From a virus, in IMG/VR virus record IMGVR_UViG_3300033978_000437: 64,000 nucleotides of DNA, one strand, 5' to 3'. The notes under the pieces are model-generated. The model saw nothing but the letters and a program-made list of their open reading frames with translations, had not been told where the DNA came from and searched no databases. This document shows, piece after piece, positions 1 to 10,205 of this stretch; the first letter of the stretch is position 1; each line of letters opens with the position of its first letter. Made by a program: the position numbers and the translations under genes.

Positions 1-7
1 CGAACAG

Positions 8-952
8 TTAAGACAGCTGCTCGATCCCGTTCATAAAATTTGGGTCGTCAACGCACACCTCCAGCTTGACAACTAAACGATTAAATTTACTGCAGCTGTG
101 CGAAACAATACGATGTAGATGTTCTGTGCATAACACATTAGTAAGTATGTAATCTTTTATCTGTTCTATAAGACTTGGGCCGTTATCTGCTTCTTCCTTG
201 TAGCAACCTTTTTCTTTTAAAAAAGTATCCCAGAAGGATTCTGCGTTAGGATGTGTTTCTTTAGTCAACCCATCTGGAAGCGTCATGTGTAACGAACTCT
301 GCTGCGCAGACAGACTAGTAAGCTGAAGGTAAAGGCGTAATCGGTTTAAGTATTCGTAATAGTCATCCCTTGTTGCAATGACCCCCATCTTTGATGCTCT
401 AAATGTTTCTTGGTAAAGTACATCAATTTCTCTTAAAGTTAACGAGCGGAAAGTTATGCGTAAATGTCCTGAATATAGTAGGTATCGCTTTGTAAAAACT
501 TTTTGCCCTAACAGCATTTGTAGAAATCCAAGCTTGTCAATATGGCTCGGTTCTTCAATAACTGGCATATTATTATCCCACCCGCATTGGGGACAAATAT
601 GTAAAACAGAACCTAATTCATCGTCATCTTTCTTGTCTTCTTCTACTTCTGTTTCCACAGCAGCGGGAGGCGGTGGAGGTGCAAAGTCGCTAGGTAAGTC
701 GGGTACAACATCTACAATAGGTGCGTCAGTTTCTACTTGTAGTCGTAAAGGTGGTTCGAGCACCATTGGAGGTGTGTCAGCAGTGTCCTCTGTAGCGGCA
801 ATACCTACAAATTCTATCTTTGCATCTTGCTTAGGTGGAGGTACATGCCCAAGAGAAATTAACGCTTCCTCTAAAGTTTGTCCTTTAGCTTTAGCCACTT
901 CTTCTAATAGCTGTCGTTCTTCATCAGATATTCGGCTCAAATCTAGCATCAC
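8..952 (-). CDS. Probable baseplate/tail assembly protein (acidic Pro-rich N-half, CPQC motif)
   Basis: 314-aa ORF directly downstream of the spike-like gene; function inferred mainly from position. Confidence 0.4.
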   Translation of the reverse strand: MMLDLSRISDEERQLLEEVAKAKGQTLEEALISLGHVPPPKQDAKIEFVGIAATEDTADTPPMVLEPPLRLQVETDAPIVDVVPDLPSDFAPPPPPAAVETEVEEDKKDDDELGSVLHICPQCGWDNNMPVIEEPSHIDKLGFLQMLLGQKVFTKRYLLYSGHLRITFRSLTLREIDVLYQETFRASKMGVIATRDDYYEYLNRLRLYLQLTSLSAQQSSLHMTLPDGLTKETHPNAESFWDTFLKEKGCYKEEADNGPSLIEQIKDYILTNVLCTEHLHRIVSHSCSKFNRLVVKLEVCVDDPNFMNGIEQLS

Positions 953-958
953 TACTCC

Positions 959-3766
959 TTACATTGAATAATTTCCGTCACATACCCGTTCTTTCCATTG
1001 AGGAAAACTAGGCTCCTCATACTTTTTCGTATTATCTTTTCGACTTCTTGCCTTCTTAGTCTCAAACAATTTAAATTTGTTTTCATCGCTATACCCTAGG
1101 AATACTTTTTTAGTTACCCAGTTAATTTTGCCGGGCCATGGGTATAATTCTTTACCTTGATACTTCACCACCTTCTCTGTCCAAGTTCTACCGGCTGATG
1201 CTAGCATACCCATGCGTTCCAATTGTTGCCACCTAGTTTCTAATAAGAAAAACCCAGTTGCAGAATAACCATAAGCATTACCTCTAATCGAAGTATCTCG
1301 GTAAGAAAATCCAATTTGATTTCCAAGTAAATTACTGTTACCAGGTTGAGAAGGTTTCCAGTAAAAATTAGAGTAGAATCCTAAAAAAATAGGATTACCG
1401 TCTTTAATATGATCTCTAGCTGATTTTGTAAATTGAGCAATGGATTTAGAAAGTATTTCAGATAAATTACTCTTGGAGCTATCTCCAACTTTGGGGTAAC
1501 CGCCTTTACATGCCATCCCCCCAACAGATTGAATATCTCTTAGAGAGTATATGCCACCAGCTGCTGTAAGACTTCCACCATTAACAATTCCCACGTGACC
1601 TTCTATGACGGCTGGACCATGCACCTTAGCAAAGCCAGCACCAAAATAGTGAGAGGCTGTCATCTGCGTGGCCCCTTGACCAGAAGGTGAATGCCATATG
1701 CCAACCCCGCCAGTACAAAAAAAGTCAAACGATCTAGCATAAGAAACCATGCTAGAACGACCATTGGCACAGTCTATGATTAAATCGCCAGTGCTTTCTG
1801 GGTTACCTTCATCCACCCCAGTGCGAATGTAGGCAGTTTTTGACATAGTGTTTACAGAACCACCACGACTGAGCAGCGTAATACCTGTTGCCCTTACTTC
1901 TTCCCCAATAAGACCTTGATAAACTTGAGCTACTCCCTTCCCTTTCGATTCTAAAAGCATGCCACCGGCTCCAGAATTACCGGCAAGCAGCTGCATATTA
2001 CGCTCAGCTTTAATTCTAACATCGTATTCGTTTGAGGAAATATCTACGCTACCTCTTGCTCTAATTATCGCTTCGTTAGCTAATGTGACTACACGCGCAC
2101 CCGACATCAACATCACATCACCACCAGCTTCTAGCCTAATTTGTCCTCCGCCCATCAGCAACTGAGAACCATATCCATCTGCAATAACAATGCTTCCATC
2201 CTCTGCAATCGTAATAAATGCAGCGGTGTTATAGTAATTTACATCTTTATACCGTTCATCAATGAGAAGCTTTTGCGGTGTAACTTCAACATATGCTTTG
2301 GACATTTCCCCACGATAAAAACGAATCTCTGTTAATGGGCTCTTGTTATCCCCTTCTTCTGGGTAATCATAATCTTTTTTATGATAGAAAAAGGGATGAG
2401 TAGACTTCCAGTTATAATGATGTGTAAGTAAATCCATAATGCCAGCGGGGCGCAGTATATTTTTAAGGACAGCAACACTATCGTCTTTCCAGTCTAGAAC
2501 TACATGGTTTGGACCTCCTCCGAATTTACCGCTAAACTTATATTGGCCTCTGTTAGGTCTTTCTGTTAAATCTTCGCCTTGAGTATCTTCTGTTAATCGT
2601 TTGCGTCTAGGATTGGGGATTAGTGGATATTTAGCCAGCATAATCTGTTTAGCCGACCTCACCGAATAACTTCCATCTAATGCTATTAATTCTTGAAATA
2701 ACCCTATATCTTTATCTTTTGCAGCATCAGTCATTAATCTTTTGCCACTGTCTTTAGCTGGCTTAATTAATGTGCGGTTAAATCCTTGACCAAGATATCC
2801 CGTGTAATCAGTTAAACGATACAGTGGAGTTTGACTCTGATCTTGTACTTCCTCTAATCCAAACGGAAATAGCCTATCCATCTGAACTGCTTCTGCACTG
2901 TTAGTCTTAGTGAACTTTTCAAGGGGAGCATACATCCCAGCAGCTTCCCATGGATAAGTTGCATGTCCAATTAATGAGAAGTTTTCACCCTCATCGTACT
3001 GCTGTATATTGTGGGTACAATACGACATAATGTTTAAAGATAAGCCAGCTAGCTTAGTGTAATTATCAAAGTAGTTTAACCAGAGACCGCAAGTTTCATT
3101 CACACGCAGATAAGTTTGAAAAGAGTCAATTAAAAGGCCGATACCCGTTTCAGACATACGGACATATTCACCAATAGTCCCATCCATTGGCCGTCCGCAA
3201 GATTGAGAAACCCAACCATGCCCTCTTGCTGCTGTCCTTGGAATATTACGATAAGCATCTACTTTCTTAGGGCCGGAGTTGCCACCCTGTTGAATATGAT
3301 CTGACGCATTAAAGTCATCATGGAGCACAGGGGAAGGGAGCACTGCTAAGATGTAAGCTAACTCTGAGGAGGCTGGATTCCAAATCAACACATTAGAATT
3401 AGGTGCAATTACTTCGCCCGAGCGTACACCTAGCGGAGTGCGGGAATGATTAGAGGCAGAAGTTGCAATGCAAGTGCCTTGCCTTCCAGTTAATTGAACT
3501 TTGTAACAATGAACATATGGAAGAGCTAAAAGAACACGGCCTACCCGTAAAGGCGTGTCTGAGGCTAAAGGAGATGAGTGGTTGGCTGCGTTATTTTTTG
3601 AGTCGCTGACTTGACCGCCAGCTAGTAATTGATCCCAAGAGGAAGCCCCATCTAGTCTAGATCTGAGTGCAGAGATTAAACCAAGATCACCAGCATTAGC
3701 CCCTGTAGACTTTTCATTGTACACTGCTGGTTTACTATCAACAGAAGATCCTGGACTGTATGCCAT
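959..3766 (-). CDS. Baseplate hub/central spike protein (gp5/VgrG-like)
   Basis: 935 aa; N-terminal OB-like segment (GRVLLALPYVHCYKVQL) and a run of short beta-strand repeats (DGSIVIADGYGSQLLMGGGQIRLEAGGDVMLMSG...) typical of gp5 beta-helices; follows the tube gene; SD AAGGTGAG. Confidence 0.6.
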   Translation of the reverse strand: MAYSPGSSVDSKPAVYNEKSTGANAGDLGLISALRSRLDGASSWDQLLAGGQVSDSKNNAANHSSPLASDTPLRVGRVLLALPYVHCYKVQLTGRQGTCIATSASNHSRTPLGVRSGEVIAPNSNVLIWNPASSELAYILAVLPSPVLHDDFNASDHIQQGGNSGPKKVDAYRNIPRTAARGHGWVSQSCGRPMDGTIGEYVRMSETGIGLLIDSFQTYLRVNETCGLWLNYFDNYTKLAGLSLNIMSYCTHNIQQYDEGENFSLIGHATYPWEAAGMYAPLEKFTKTNSAEAVQMDRLFPFGLEEVQDQSQTPLYRLTDYTGYLGQGFNRTLIKPAKDSGKRLMTDAAKDKDIGLFQELIALDGSYSVRSAKQIMLAKYPLIPNPRRKRLTEDTQGEDLTERPNRGQYKFSGKFGGGPNHVVLDWKDDSVAVLKNILRPAGIMDLLTHHYNWKSTHPFFYHKKDYDYPEEGDNKSPLTEIRFYRGEMSKAYVEVTPQKLLIDERYKDVNYYNTAAFITIAEDGSIVIADGYGSQLLMGGGQIRLEAGGDVMLMSGARVVTLANEAIIRARGSVDISSNEYDVRIKAERNMQLLAGNSGAGGMLLESKGKGVAQVYQGLIGEEVRATGITLLSRGGSVNTMSKTAYIRTGVDEGNPESTGDLIIDCANGRSSMVSYARSFDFFCTGGVGIWHSPSGQGATQMTASHYFGAGFAKVHGPAVIEGHVGIVNGGSLTAAGGIYSLRDIQSVGGMACKGGYPKVGDSSKSNLSEILSKSIAQFTKSARDHIKDGNPIFLGFYSNFYWKPSQPGNSNLLGNQIGFSYRDTSIRGNAYGYSATGFFLLETRWQQLERMGMLASAGRTWTEKVVKYQGKELYPWPGKINWVTKKVFLGYSDENKFKLFETKKARSRKDNTKKYEEPSFPQWKERVCDGNYSM

Positions 3767-3805
3767 ATGTGTCTCACCTTAGGGTGCGTTTGGAGCTTAA
3801 AGCTC

Positions 3806-3836
3806 AAAAAACTGGCCCAACCTAAGTTGAGCCAGT
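3806..3836 (-). terminator. Rho-independent terminator after tail tube gene
   Basis: Minus strand ACTGGCTCAAC-TTAG-GTTGGGCCAGT followed by TTTTT. Confidence 0.75.
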
Positions 3837-3840
3837 CGGT

Positions 3841-3858
3841 TTAAAATCCGGATTTTAA
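3841..3858. promoter_or_regulatory. 18-bp palindrome TTAAAATCCGGATTTTAA (perfect copy of recurring intergenic motif)
   Basis: Perfect palindrome; related copies at 11908, 27906, 36004, 50717. Confidence 0.6.
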
Positions 3859-3859
3859 C

Positions 3860-4396
3860 TTATGCTGTTTCACATGTTAGGTTTGCAAACATGAGTGTAA
3901 TATTTTCATTTACAAGCATGTCTTGCGATCCAACAGTAACGCTTAAGTTAGTCATTAAAGCACCCGTAATGGAATACTTTACTTTATTAAAGTTTGCTGC
4001 CCCTACTGCATTTTTAAAAGGCGCAGGTTTTGAGGTACCTGAAGCTGCGTCACACCCTCCTGCGAAGGTGAATGAAAAATCTTGAGGGGAACAAACATTA
4101 CCCATTTTGTTATAAAAATCACAAAGTGCACCAGACTGCGGTCCAAGTATTCGAGCAATCGTACCTTGTCCTTGAGTACGACCACCTACATAGAATACAG
4201 GAACAACACCACCTGCTGCCCCACCGCTACCACCATTTGAAACATCGTAGATGCGTGCAACTTGCTGAGAGAATGACATGTTGACGTTCTGTACGATGCC
4301 TACATTAGTAGGGGTGCCTGCAATTGTTAATGCAGCAACATCCGAGGCAAAAGCTCCGGCAAACTGCGTTCGTTGTCTTTGATAGATATCTGACAT
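3860..4396 (-). CDS. Tail tube protein
   Basis: 178 aa, beta-rich (IVQNVNMSFSQQVARIYDV), immediately downstream of the sheath gene; SD AAGGAG. Confidence 0.65.
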   Translation of the reverse strand: MSDIYQRQRTQFAGAFASDVAALTIAGTPTNVGIVQNVNMSFSQQVARIYDVSNGGSGGAAGGVVPVFYVGGRTQGQGTIARILGPQSGALCDFYNKMGNVCSPQDFSFTFAGGCDAASGTSKPAPFKNAVGAANFNKVKYSITGALMTNLSVTVGSQDMLVNENITLMFANLTCETA

Positions 4397-4456
4397 AGAA
4401 GTTACTCCTTGAAATTATAAAGCTATAAAGCCACTTATAGCGGTTAGCCACTAGGG

Positions 4457-4486
4457 AAAATCTAGGGGGCTGGCAGGCCCCCTAGA
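4457..4486 (-). terminator. Terminator after sheath gene
   Basis: Perfect 10-bp stem TCTAGGGGGC/GCCCCCTAGA, 6-nt loop, TTTT on the minus strand. Confidence 0.7.
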
Positions 4487-4496
4487 AAAGGCCACA

Positions 4497-7304
4497 TTAA
4501 ACTACAAGGTGTAATTCAATGTTATTTAATGCGTATGGCACTTCCAAGGTAATGTAAGCGACATACCGATCTTTAAACACTTCTGAAATAAAGAAACGAT
4601 CAACGGTTGCGGTGATTAGCTGCCCGCCGAGTTGGGGAGTGGTCCGCTCTATTCGCAACGCACGAATTAGCCTATCCATCCCGCCAAGAATAATATCGCT
4701 CATTGTTGGGGTCACATTAGTAACACCAATAAAGGGAGCAAAGTAATCCTTGAACCGGTAGCTAATGCTGTCCACATTACGAGTCAGCATTTCTTCACGC
4801 TGGTTGATATCTGCATAGTCCCCAGTTGTTACAGCATGTCGAGTGTAAATTTGACCTGCTGCATCCTGTTGCACAACCCACACGCCAGCAAGAGCTAGAA
4901 TATCTCGCTGTGGCTTGTTGAACTTATCGTTTGTCCGTTGTGTGCTGGAAAAACCAGTAATTTCCACATTGGTCAAACCTTGTTGTGGAAGTACAGCGGA
5001 AGCCAAACCGGCAAGTGCTGCATTCAAAAAGTAACCCGATTGAATGGTACCTGAGGATTCGATTCGGTCAGGCCATGTGGCTCTAACACGTCGATCTCCA
5101 TAAGCACCAGCAGTCTTGGCAATTTCAACAGCTTCTTCACCAGCCGACAAAGTTCGCCAAACTTCAATTTTAGATGGAACCAACTGTTCTACAGCAGGAC
5201 CAGTCTTAACTCGAAGTTGACCTTCAGACTGAACTTCATCTACAACAAATTCGCTGTAAGTGTAGTTGCCAAAGCCGTCACCAGTGTACAACGCACGAAC
5301 GATGTCTCCAGGTCTTACGCCATTTTCTTCAAACCCAGCATTACCTGCGGGAACATAGCAAATGGTGTAGTCAACTGCAGTAGTAGTAGGATCAGCTTCA
5401 AATCTAGCTAAAACAACTTCTCCATCGGTGCTAGTTGCTTCCGTATGATTAGGTACGGTAGAACCGGCTGCTACGACTGGGATTTCAGGAATGCCGTGCA
5501 AGTTTGCCCAGAGCACTCGCCATAACCCTTCAGAAGCGGATGAACAACTATTAACATGAGCTTGGAATAACCCAAGTACTGTTGCATCGTTGGTCAATGG
5601 TACTAGATTGTAGGTGTCATCTCGGCTTAACAACACTTCTAGCACTTCATCCCAATAATTGACATCGTTAGGATCATTAACTGCAGTGTAAAGTACGGGA
5701 GTACCATTACTGTTTGATAATGCCTTAAACACGCCCCACTTAAGAGGATTGTCGGGAGTTAAAGAACCAGAAATATCATCAATGTTGCCAACATCGACAA
5801 TGCTGTTAACCTTGCCAGCCAAGTCGGGCAACCAAGCACGATACTCAACATACAACTCACCATAGCCTGCCTCGTCAGACGAGTAGACATCTAGTGCAGT
5901 AGCTGTGCCAATCTCAGCATCGTAAGCTACAATTCCGGATTTTACAGAAAGCTCAACATCAGACTGTTCCCAGTTGGTAAGAGGAGCCATACCTATACGA
6001 TTTGCAGTCACTTCAAGAAGTGGTTTGCGAATGTACAAATCAATGCCGACTTCTTCATTACCACCAAAGGTTTGATCTAAATTATTCCCAAGCACAATGG
6101 TACGAATTTCACCTTCGCTAGTGCCATTAGCTTGAACATAAAATCGATCACCTTTGCGTAAACCTGCAGTACTGATAAGCTTGAACGAAACACCACGAGT
6201 TCCGATAGGAAGACAAGTGTTATTAGCGATTACTGAAGGGCCACTTTGATCAACACCATCAGTGGTAGCAACAGAGATCTCAGGATAAGCACCCCAAGCA
6301 CCACCTTTAGTGACTGTTACAATATAGTTGGTGTCTGAGTTGCTTACATAAGTTCCGCAAGATGTCGAGGCAGGAGCATCGAACAATTGTGAAACTGTCA
6401 TGGTAAACACTTGACCAACAAGGATGTCCACATCGCTAACACCTGCTGCGGCAGAGGCTGCAACAGTACCTGCGTCAGGAGTGCTACCAAAAGTGACAAG
6501 CAAGCCACGGGTTCCAACTGCAGTTGCACCTGACAACGCCAAAGAGGACTGATTGTCAGTTCCACTTGCAGTAGTTACACGGAAACGAGCGGTAGTCAAG
6601 TCTCCGCCAATGGAACCATCGATAACCGTAAGCGTATAAACTTCATTAATTACACCAGAAGGTAACCCATTGTAGGTACCAGAAGGTGTGATAGTGATAG
6701 AGTTAGCAACACCAGTAGTGCGTACTGCGACAGAGACAGCAGCTTGGGAAGCACTATTAGTAGAAGCTGCGATAGGTGCATCAATGGAGGAGGCAACTAC
6801 GTTTGCAACAAACCCACGGACATAAGTCCATAAGGTAAGCACATCAGAAGTAGCCCCAGAACCATCTGCAACACCTCGTACTCGAACAATATCACCAATT
6901 TTTACATCTCGATTACCCAAAGCGGCATTACGAGCAAACCCACCATTAGACACAAAGTTCACAGTAGCTGATGCAACTCGGTTACGATACCCACTTACTA
7001 CCGTAATAGTAGAACCGCTAGTAGAGGGGTCAGAAAAATACTTTAACAAAGCATCTTTGATAAACAGCTTGGTGTAGCTTGCGTCAACCACGGCACCAGC
7101 TGGGCGCTCAGGCCAAGGGAAAGCCGAGTCAGTACCATTGTCATAAAAACCCAAGTTACCAAATTCTCTTTCGTTTTCATCGCTGTAACGAACGAGTTTG
7201 GCATGACCGCCAGAGATATGTGCTGACAGCGGGTTAGCTGCTGCAGCTGGTTGAATAGTAAAATCTTGGAAAACAAGAACTTGCGGAAGAACATAAGTTG
7301 CCAT
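4497..7304 (-). CDS. Contractile tail sheath protein (enlarged)
   Basis: 935 aa; N-terminal YVLPQVLVFQ and C-terminal sheath-like domain (ALAGLASAVLPQQGLTN...RHAVTT...EEMLTRNVDSISY...YVAYITLEVPYALNNIELHL); upstream of tube-sized gene. Confidence 0.8.
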   Translation of the reverse strand: MATYVLPQVLVFQDFTIQPAAAANPLSAHISGGHAKLVRYSDENEREFGNLGFYDNGTDSAFPWPERPAGAVVDASYTKLFIKDALLKYFSDPSTSGSTITVVSGYRNRVASATVNFVSNGGFARNAALGNRDVKIGDIVRVRGVADGSGATSDVLTLWTYVRGFVANVVASSIDAPIAASTNSASQAAVSVAVRTTGVANSITITPSGTYNGLPSGVINEVYTLTVIDGSIGGDLTTARFRVTTASGTDNQSSLALSGATAVGTRGLLVTFGSTPDAGTVAASAAAGVSDVDILVGQVFTMTVSQLFDAPASTSCGTYVSNSDTNYIVTVTKGGAWGAYPEISVATTDGVDQSGPSVIANNTCLPIGTRGVSFKLISTAGLRKGDRFYVQANGTSEGEIRTIVLGNNLDQTFGGNEEVGIDLYIRKPLLEVTANRIGMAPLTNWEQSDVELSVKSGIVAYDAEIGTATALDVYSSDEAGYGELYVEYRAWLPDLAGKVNSIVDVGNIDDISGSLTPDNPLKWGVFKALSNSNGTPVLYTAVNDPNDVNYWDEVLEVLLSRDDTYNLVPLTNDATVLGLFQAHVNSCSSASEGLWRVLWANLHGIPEIPVVAAGSTVPNHTEATSTDGEVVLARFEADPTTTAVDYTICYVPAGNAGFEENGVRPGDIVRALYTGDGFGNYTYSEFVVDEVQSEGQLRVKTGPAVEQLVPSKIEVWRTLSAGEEAVEIAKTAGAYGDRRVRATWPDRIESSGTIQSGYFLNAALAGLASAVLPQQGLTNVEITGFSSTQRTNDKFNKPQRDILALAGVWVVQQDAAGQIYTRHAVTTGDYADINQREEMLTRNVDSISYRFKDYFAPFIGVTNVTPTMSDIILGGMDRLIRALRIERTTPQLGGQLITATVDRFFISEVFKDRYVAYITLEVPYALNNIELHLVV

Positions 7305-7335
7305 TAGTGGCCTCCTGCCTAAAAATGTATAAGAG

Positions 7336-8067
7336 TTATGGACCTTGGTACCGAGAGTTTAAACTAACTTGATCTCCGTCCAAGACACCAGTAAAAGAGA
7401 AACCCTGAGCCGGAAGTGAATCTCGTTTAAGCTGCCAGACATGCTCGTAAGCCCATCCAACAGTTATCGGAATCACATAATTCTCTGTGGACTCTTCAAG
7501 TTCTTGAATAGCCCCTACGTCGGTGACTGAGAAGTTTCTCAATCCAAGGTTCTGGCGAATCGGCCACATACAGGCAATTAAATGCCCCATGACTTCCGCA
7601 GCTAGAACCTCCGTTGAAGCACCCGTTCCATGGATGCAGAAAAGAGTGTGCGAACCAACAAACATGGTGGCATGTCGAGTAATCGCACCCTTTTCGTTTT
7701 CGTATGCCGCTTCTCCACCCCCAAAGATAAACCCGCCACCTAGACCAAGGGGCGTATCCCTAAAGGCATTGCGTTTTATCATTATAGCTGGCCGTTTTTC
7801 AACAAGATCAGGTCTATAACGATACACACTTTCAATGAGTATACCCGAGTTGACTTGTTCTTTCCAGATGTATTGCTTCATTTCTGGAGTAATAATATTT
7901 TCTGGATTAGACCATTGTCTTATAAGCAAATCACGAAGAAATCCGGTGATAAGAAGAGGTTGCCAGCCATTGTCACACAAATAGCTAGTGTCAATCGTAC
8001 TTTGTACTTTTGGAGCATCTCTCTCAGGAGGAGGGACGCTTGGGGGACACCAATTTGCTGTATTCAT
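7336..8067 (-). CDS. Probable tail completion/terminator protein
   Basis: 243 aa between neck genes and sheath; SD TAAGGAG; function from position. Confidence 0.45.
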   Translation of the reverse strand: MNTANWCPPSVPPPERDAPKVQSTIDTSYLCDNGWQPLLITGFLRDLLIRQWSNPENIITPEMKQYIWKEQVNSGILIESVYRYRPDLVEKRPAIMIKRNAFRDTPLGLGGGFIFGGGEAAYENEKGAITRHATMFVGSHTLFCIHGTGASTEVLAAEVMGHLIACMWPIRQNLGLRNFSVTDVGAIQELEESTENYVIPITVGWAYEHVWQLKRDSLPAQGFSFTGVLDGDQVSLNSRYQGP

Positions 8068-8293
8068 CGATATTTAACTCCTTATCTGTAATGTGTTTAT
8101 AAATTTTAGCTGCAGGGACATCAAATTTCATCATGCTTAATCGCCCTATTAGCGAACTTGACTTTCTCCCAGTAGATGGCTCAGGTTTAGTGTAAGGTAC
8201 AGTGGGCTTCTCTAAACTCGTGCGAGAAGGCGCACGAGGTACGCTACCAAAGTCAGGAGTGCTAGGAGATATAAATCTTGGTATGTATGGCAT
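8024..8293 (-). CDS. Small hypothetical protein
   Basis: 89-aa ORF filling the gap between neck genes; weak SD; 44-bp overlap with next gene. Confidence 0.35.
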   Translation of the reverse strand: MPYIPRFISPSTPDFGSVPRAPSRTSLEKPTVPYTKPEPSTGRKSSSLIGRLSMMKFDVPAAKIYKHITDKELNIDEYSKLVSPKRPSS

Positions 8294-8300
8294 AAGTATC

Positions 8301-9167
8301 TCAGGTTAATGATTGCAACCAGTCATCTTGCTGCGGTATCGCAATTTTGTAAACTATGTCTGAAAACGGAGCAGGGCGTAACACTACATTAGCAATTAAA
8401 GGAACGCCTCTTATTTCAGCAGTATGCTGAATAGACTGTATGTAGTAGCGGTCATCTGTTTTTCGGTTAACCCATACATCCTGTTCCCCAATTAAAGGCA
8501 GCATTAACATTCGTGCCGATACTTTAATGTCTTGAACTGTACCTCGCATGCCTTGGTCATCTATATTCATGTTTTGAGACTGAGGTGAAAAGTCCGCCCA
8601 AATGCAGCCAACCGGATAAAAATAACCACACTCTTTGCCAGTTCCCCAGCATTGAGGGCAATAAGGATCAAGAGTTTCTAATGTTTGAAAATCGGAGCAT
8701 ACGGGACAATTAGCTCCCATCACTCGACGCTTTAGCAAATAACCATCTTGTGAAATATGTTTAAATCGTAGCTTTTCTTTTCTTACAATTTCTTTTGCTA
8801 TTCTCCAGTCTCTAACAGACAGAATACCAGCTTTTGCAACTGGGTCGGAATAGTAAACTCCAACGGAAGTAGTCAGTTTGACTCGATAATAAATCGGTAA
8901 GGTTATAACGCTGTAGGTGTCTTGGCCGGGATCAACGGCATAACAAGCATTAACAAGAGGAAGCCCAACATTTTCCCAATCATCTGCAGTTGGGCTACCA
9001 CCATGCCCGACTTGTAGTTGAAAAGTCCAAGGGGTTGGATCTACAAAAGTGGGGAGCAATGACCACATAACATGGGTGCCCCCTCTTATTAGGTAGGAAA
9101 CATGCACCATATCGAAAACATTTTCGCAGGAAGGCGGGCATTGATCTGTTTCGCAGTTGTTGTACAT
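8301..9167 (-). CDS. Neck/head-closure protein with CxxC motifs
   Basis: 288 aa; CPVC, CPQC, ECG Zn-like motifs and C-terminal beta-barrel-like pattern (EQDVWVNRKTDDRYYIQSIQ); neck position. Confidence 0.55.
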   Translation of the reverse strand: MYNNCETDQCPPSCENVFDMVHVSYLIRGGTHVMWSLLPTFVDPTPWTFQLQVGHGGSPTADDWENVGLPLVNACYAVDPGQDTYSVITLPIYYRVKLTTSVGVYYSDPVAKAGILSVRDWRIAKEIVRKEKLRFKHISQDGYLLKRRVMGANCPVCSDFQTLETLDPYCPQCWGTGKECGYFYPVGCIWADFSPQSQNMNIDDQGMRGTVQDIKVSARMLMLPLIGEQDVWVNRKTDDRYYIQSIQHTAEIRGVPLIANVVLRPAPFSDIVYKIAIPQQDDWLQSLT

Positions 9168-9183
9168 ATCAAGCTCCTCTGCG

Positions 9184-10134
9184 TTAATTATAGAATATGC
9201 CAGAATAACTTGAATTTAAGTTGCCAGAGAACAACCCAATATTAATTTCCATCTTCTTAGCACGGAGCATTTCTCTAAATTGCTGAGTTAGCTGATTGCT
9301 TGCTGCTCGGTATTGTTGTTCTTTATTCTTGTCATCAATAGATAACCCACCTGCGTTGTAGGCAAGCTGATTACGACGATAGTGGCTAGATACCATATCA
9401 AATAGATAAGACTGAATCCCAACCATCCACATCTCTCTAAAAGGAAATGTTTTTGTAGTAAGCAATGGTTGAATAGGAGGTGGAGTTTCATTCCAATACA
9501 TAATTGGGCGCAAAACTGCTTGTGTAATTTCAGCTGCATCAAACTCTACATCGTCTAACAAAGAGTTATCTGCTGGGCCATTATCTCGCATAGACAAGCG
9601 GATTTCTTCGATTGTAGGAGGCCCAAGCGTTCGCTTAGTCATGTCATCACTTACACCGAACAAACCGCGCCTTACAAACGCACAACTTTGATTACTAAAC
9701 AGCATGTTGCCATTAGAATCAAACACTGCCCACTCTTCTAAATACACTCCGGGATTTCGTACAATTTCGTCAGGAAGAGCGTCAGCTTTAACCAGTCCCG
9801 TAGCGGGGTTGATAATAGTAACATCTATGGAATGAATCGGGTCATTAGCTGGATCAACCCCTGTTAATTCCCTCATCCGCAAAGTAACGCCACAAGGTGG
9901 GTTACCCACATCGTCAAAGGAAACATTAGGCTGGCTGATTGCAGCACTATCGGAACAGCTTGCAACTGCGGATAAATCTACAAGTATTCCTTGTGGATCT
10001 TTCAAATTCCAAAGTAATCGAGCATATTGTCCCATTTGAATCTCATGACATTGGATTTTGGCAAGCACAGGGCAGCCATCGACCAAAGTCTGTTTGGGTC
10101 TAAGATTATTTTGATTAGTACTTTCATTCGGCAT
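9184..10134 (-). CDS. Head-tail adaptor/neck protein
   Basis: 316 aa; C-terminal helical adaptor-like region (EEIRLSMRD...AVLRPIMYWNETPP...YRRNQLAYNAGGLSIDD); SD AGGAG. Confidence 0.5.
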   Translation of the reverse strand: MPNESTNQNNLRPKQTLVDGCPVLAKIQCHEIQMGQYARLLWNLKDPQGILVDLSAVASCSDSAAISQPNVSFDDVGNPPCGVTLRMRELTGVDPANDPIHSIDVTIINPATGLVKADALPDEIVRNPGVYLEEWAVFDSNGNMLFSNQSCAFVRRGLFGVSDDMTKRTLGPPTIEEIRLSMRDNGPADNSLLDDVEFDAAEITQAVLRPIMYWNETPPPIQPLLTTKTFPFREMWMVGIQSYLFDMVSSHYRRNQLAYNAGGLSIDDKNKEQQYRAASNQLTQQFREMLRAKKMEINIGLFSGNLNSSYSGIFYN

Positions 10135-10205
10135 AGCAGGTACTCCTATTTATGTCATTGTAATTTGTTACGCAAGAAATCTGAATAGAAGTCCTAGGCT
10201 TCACC

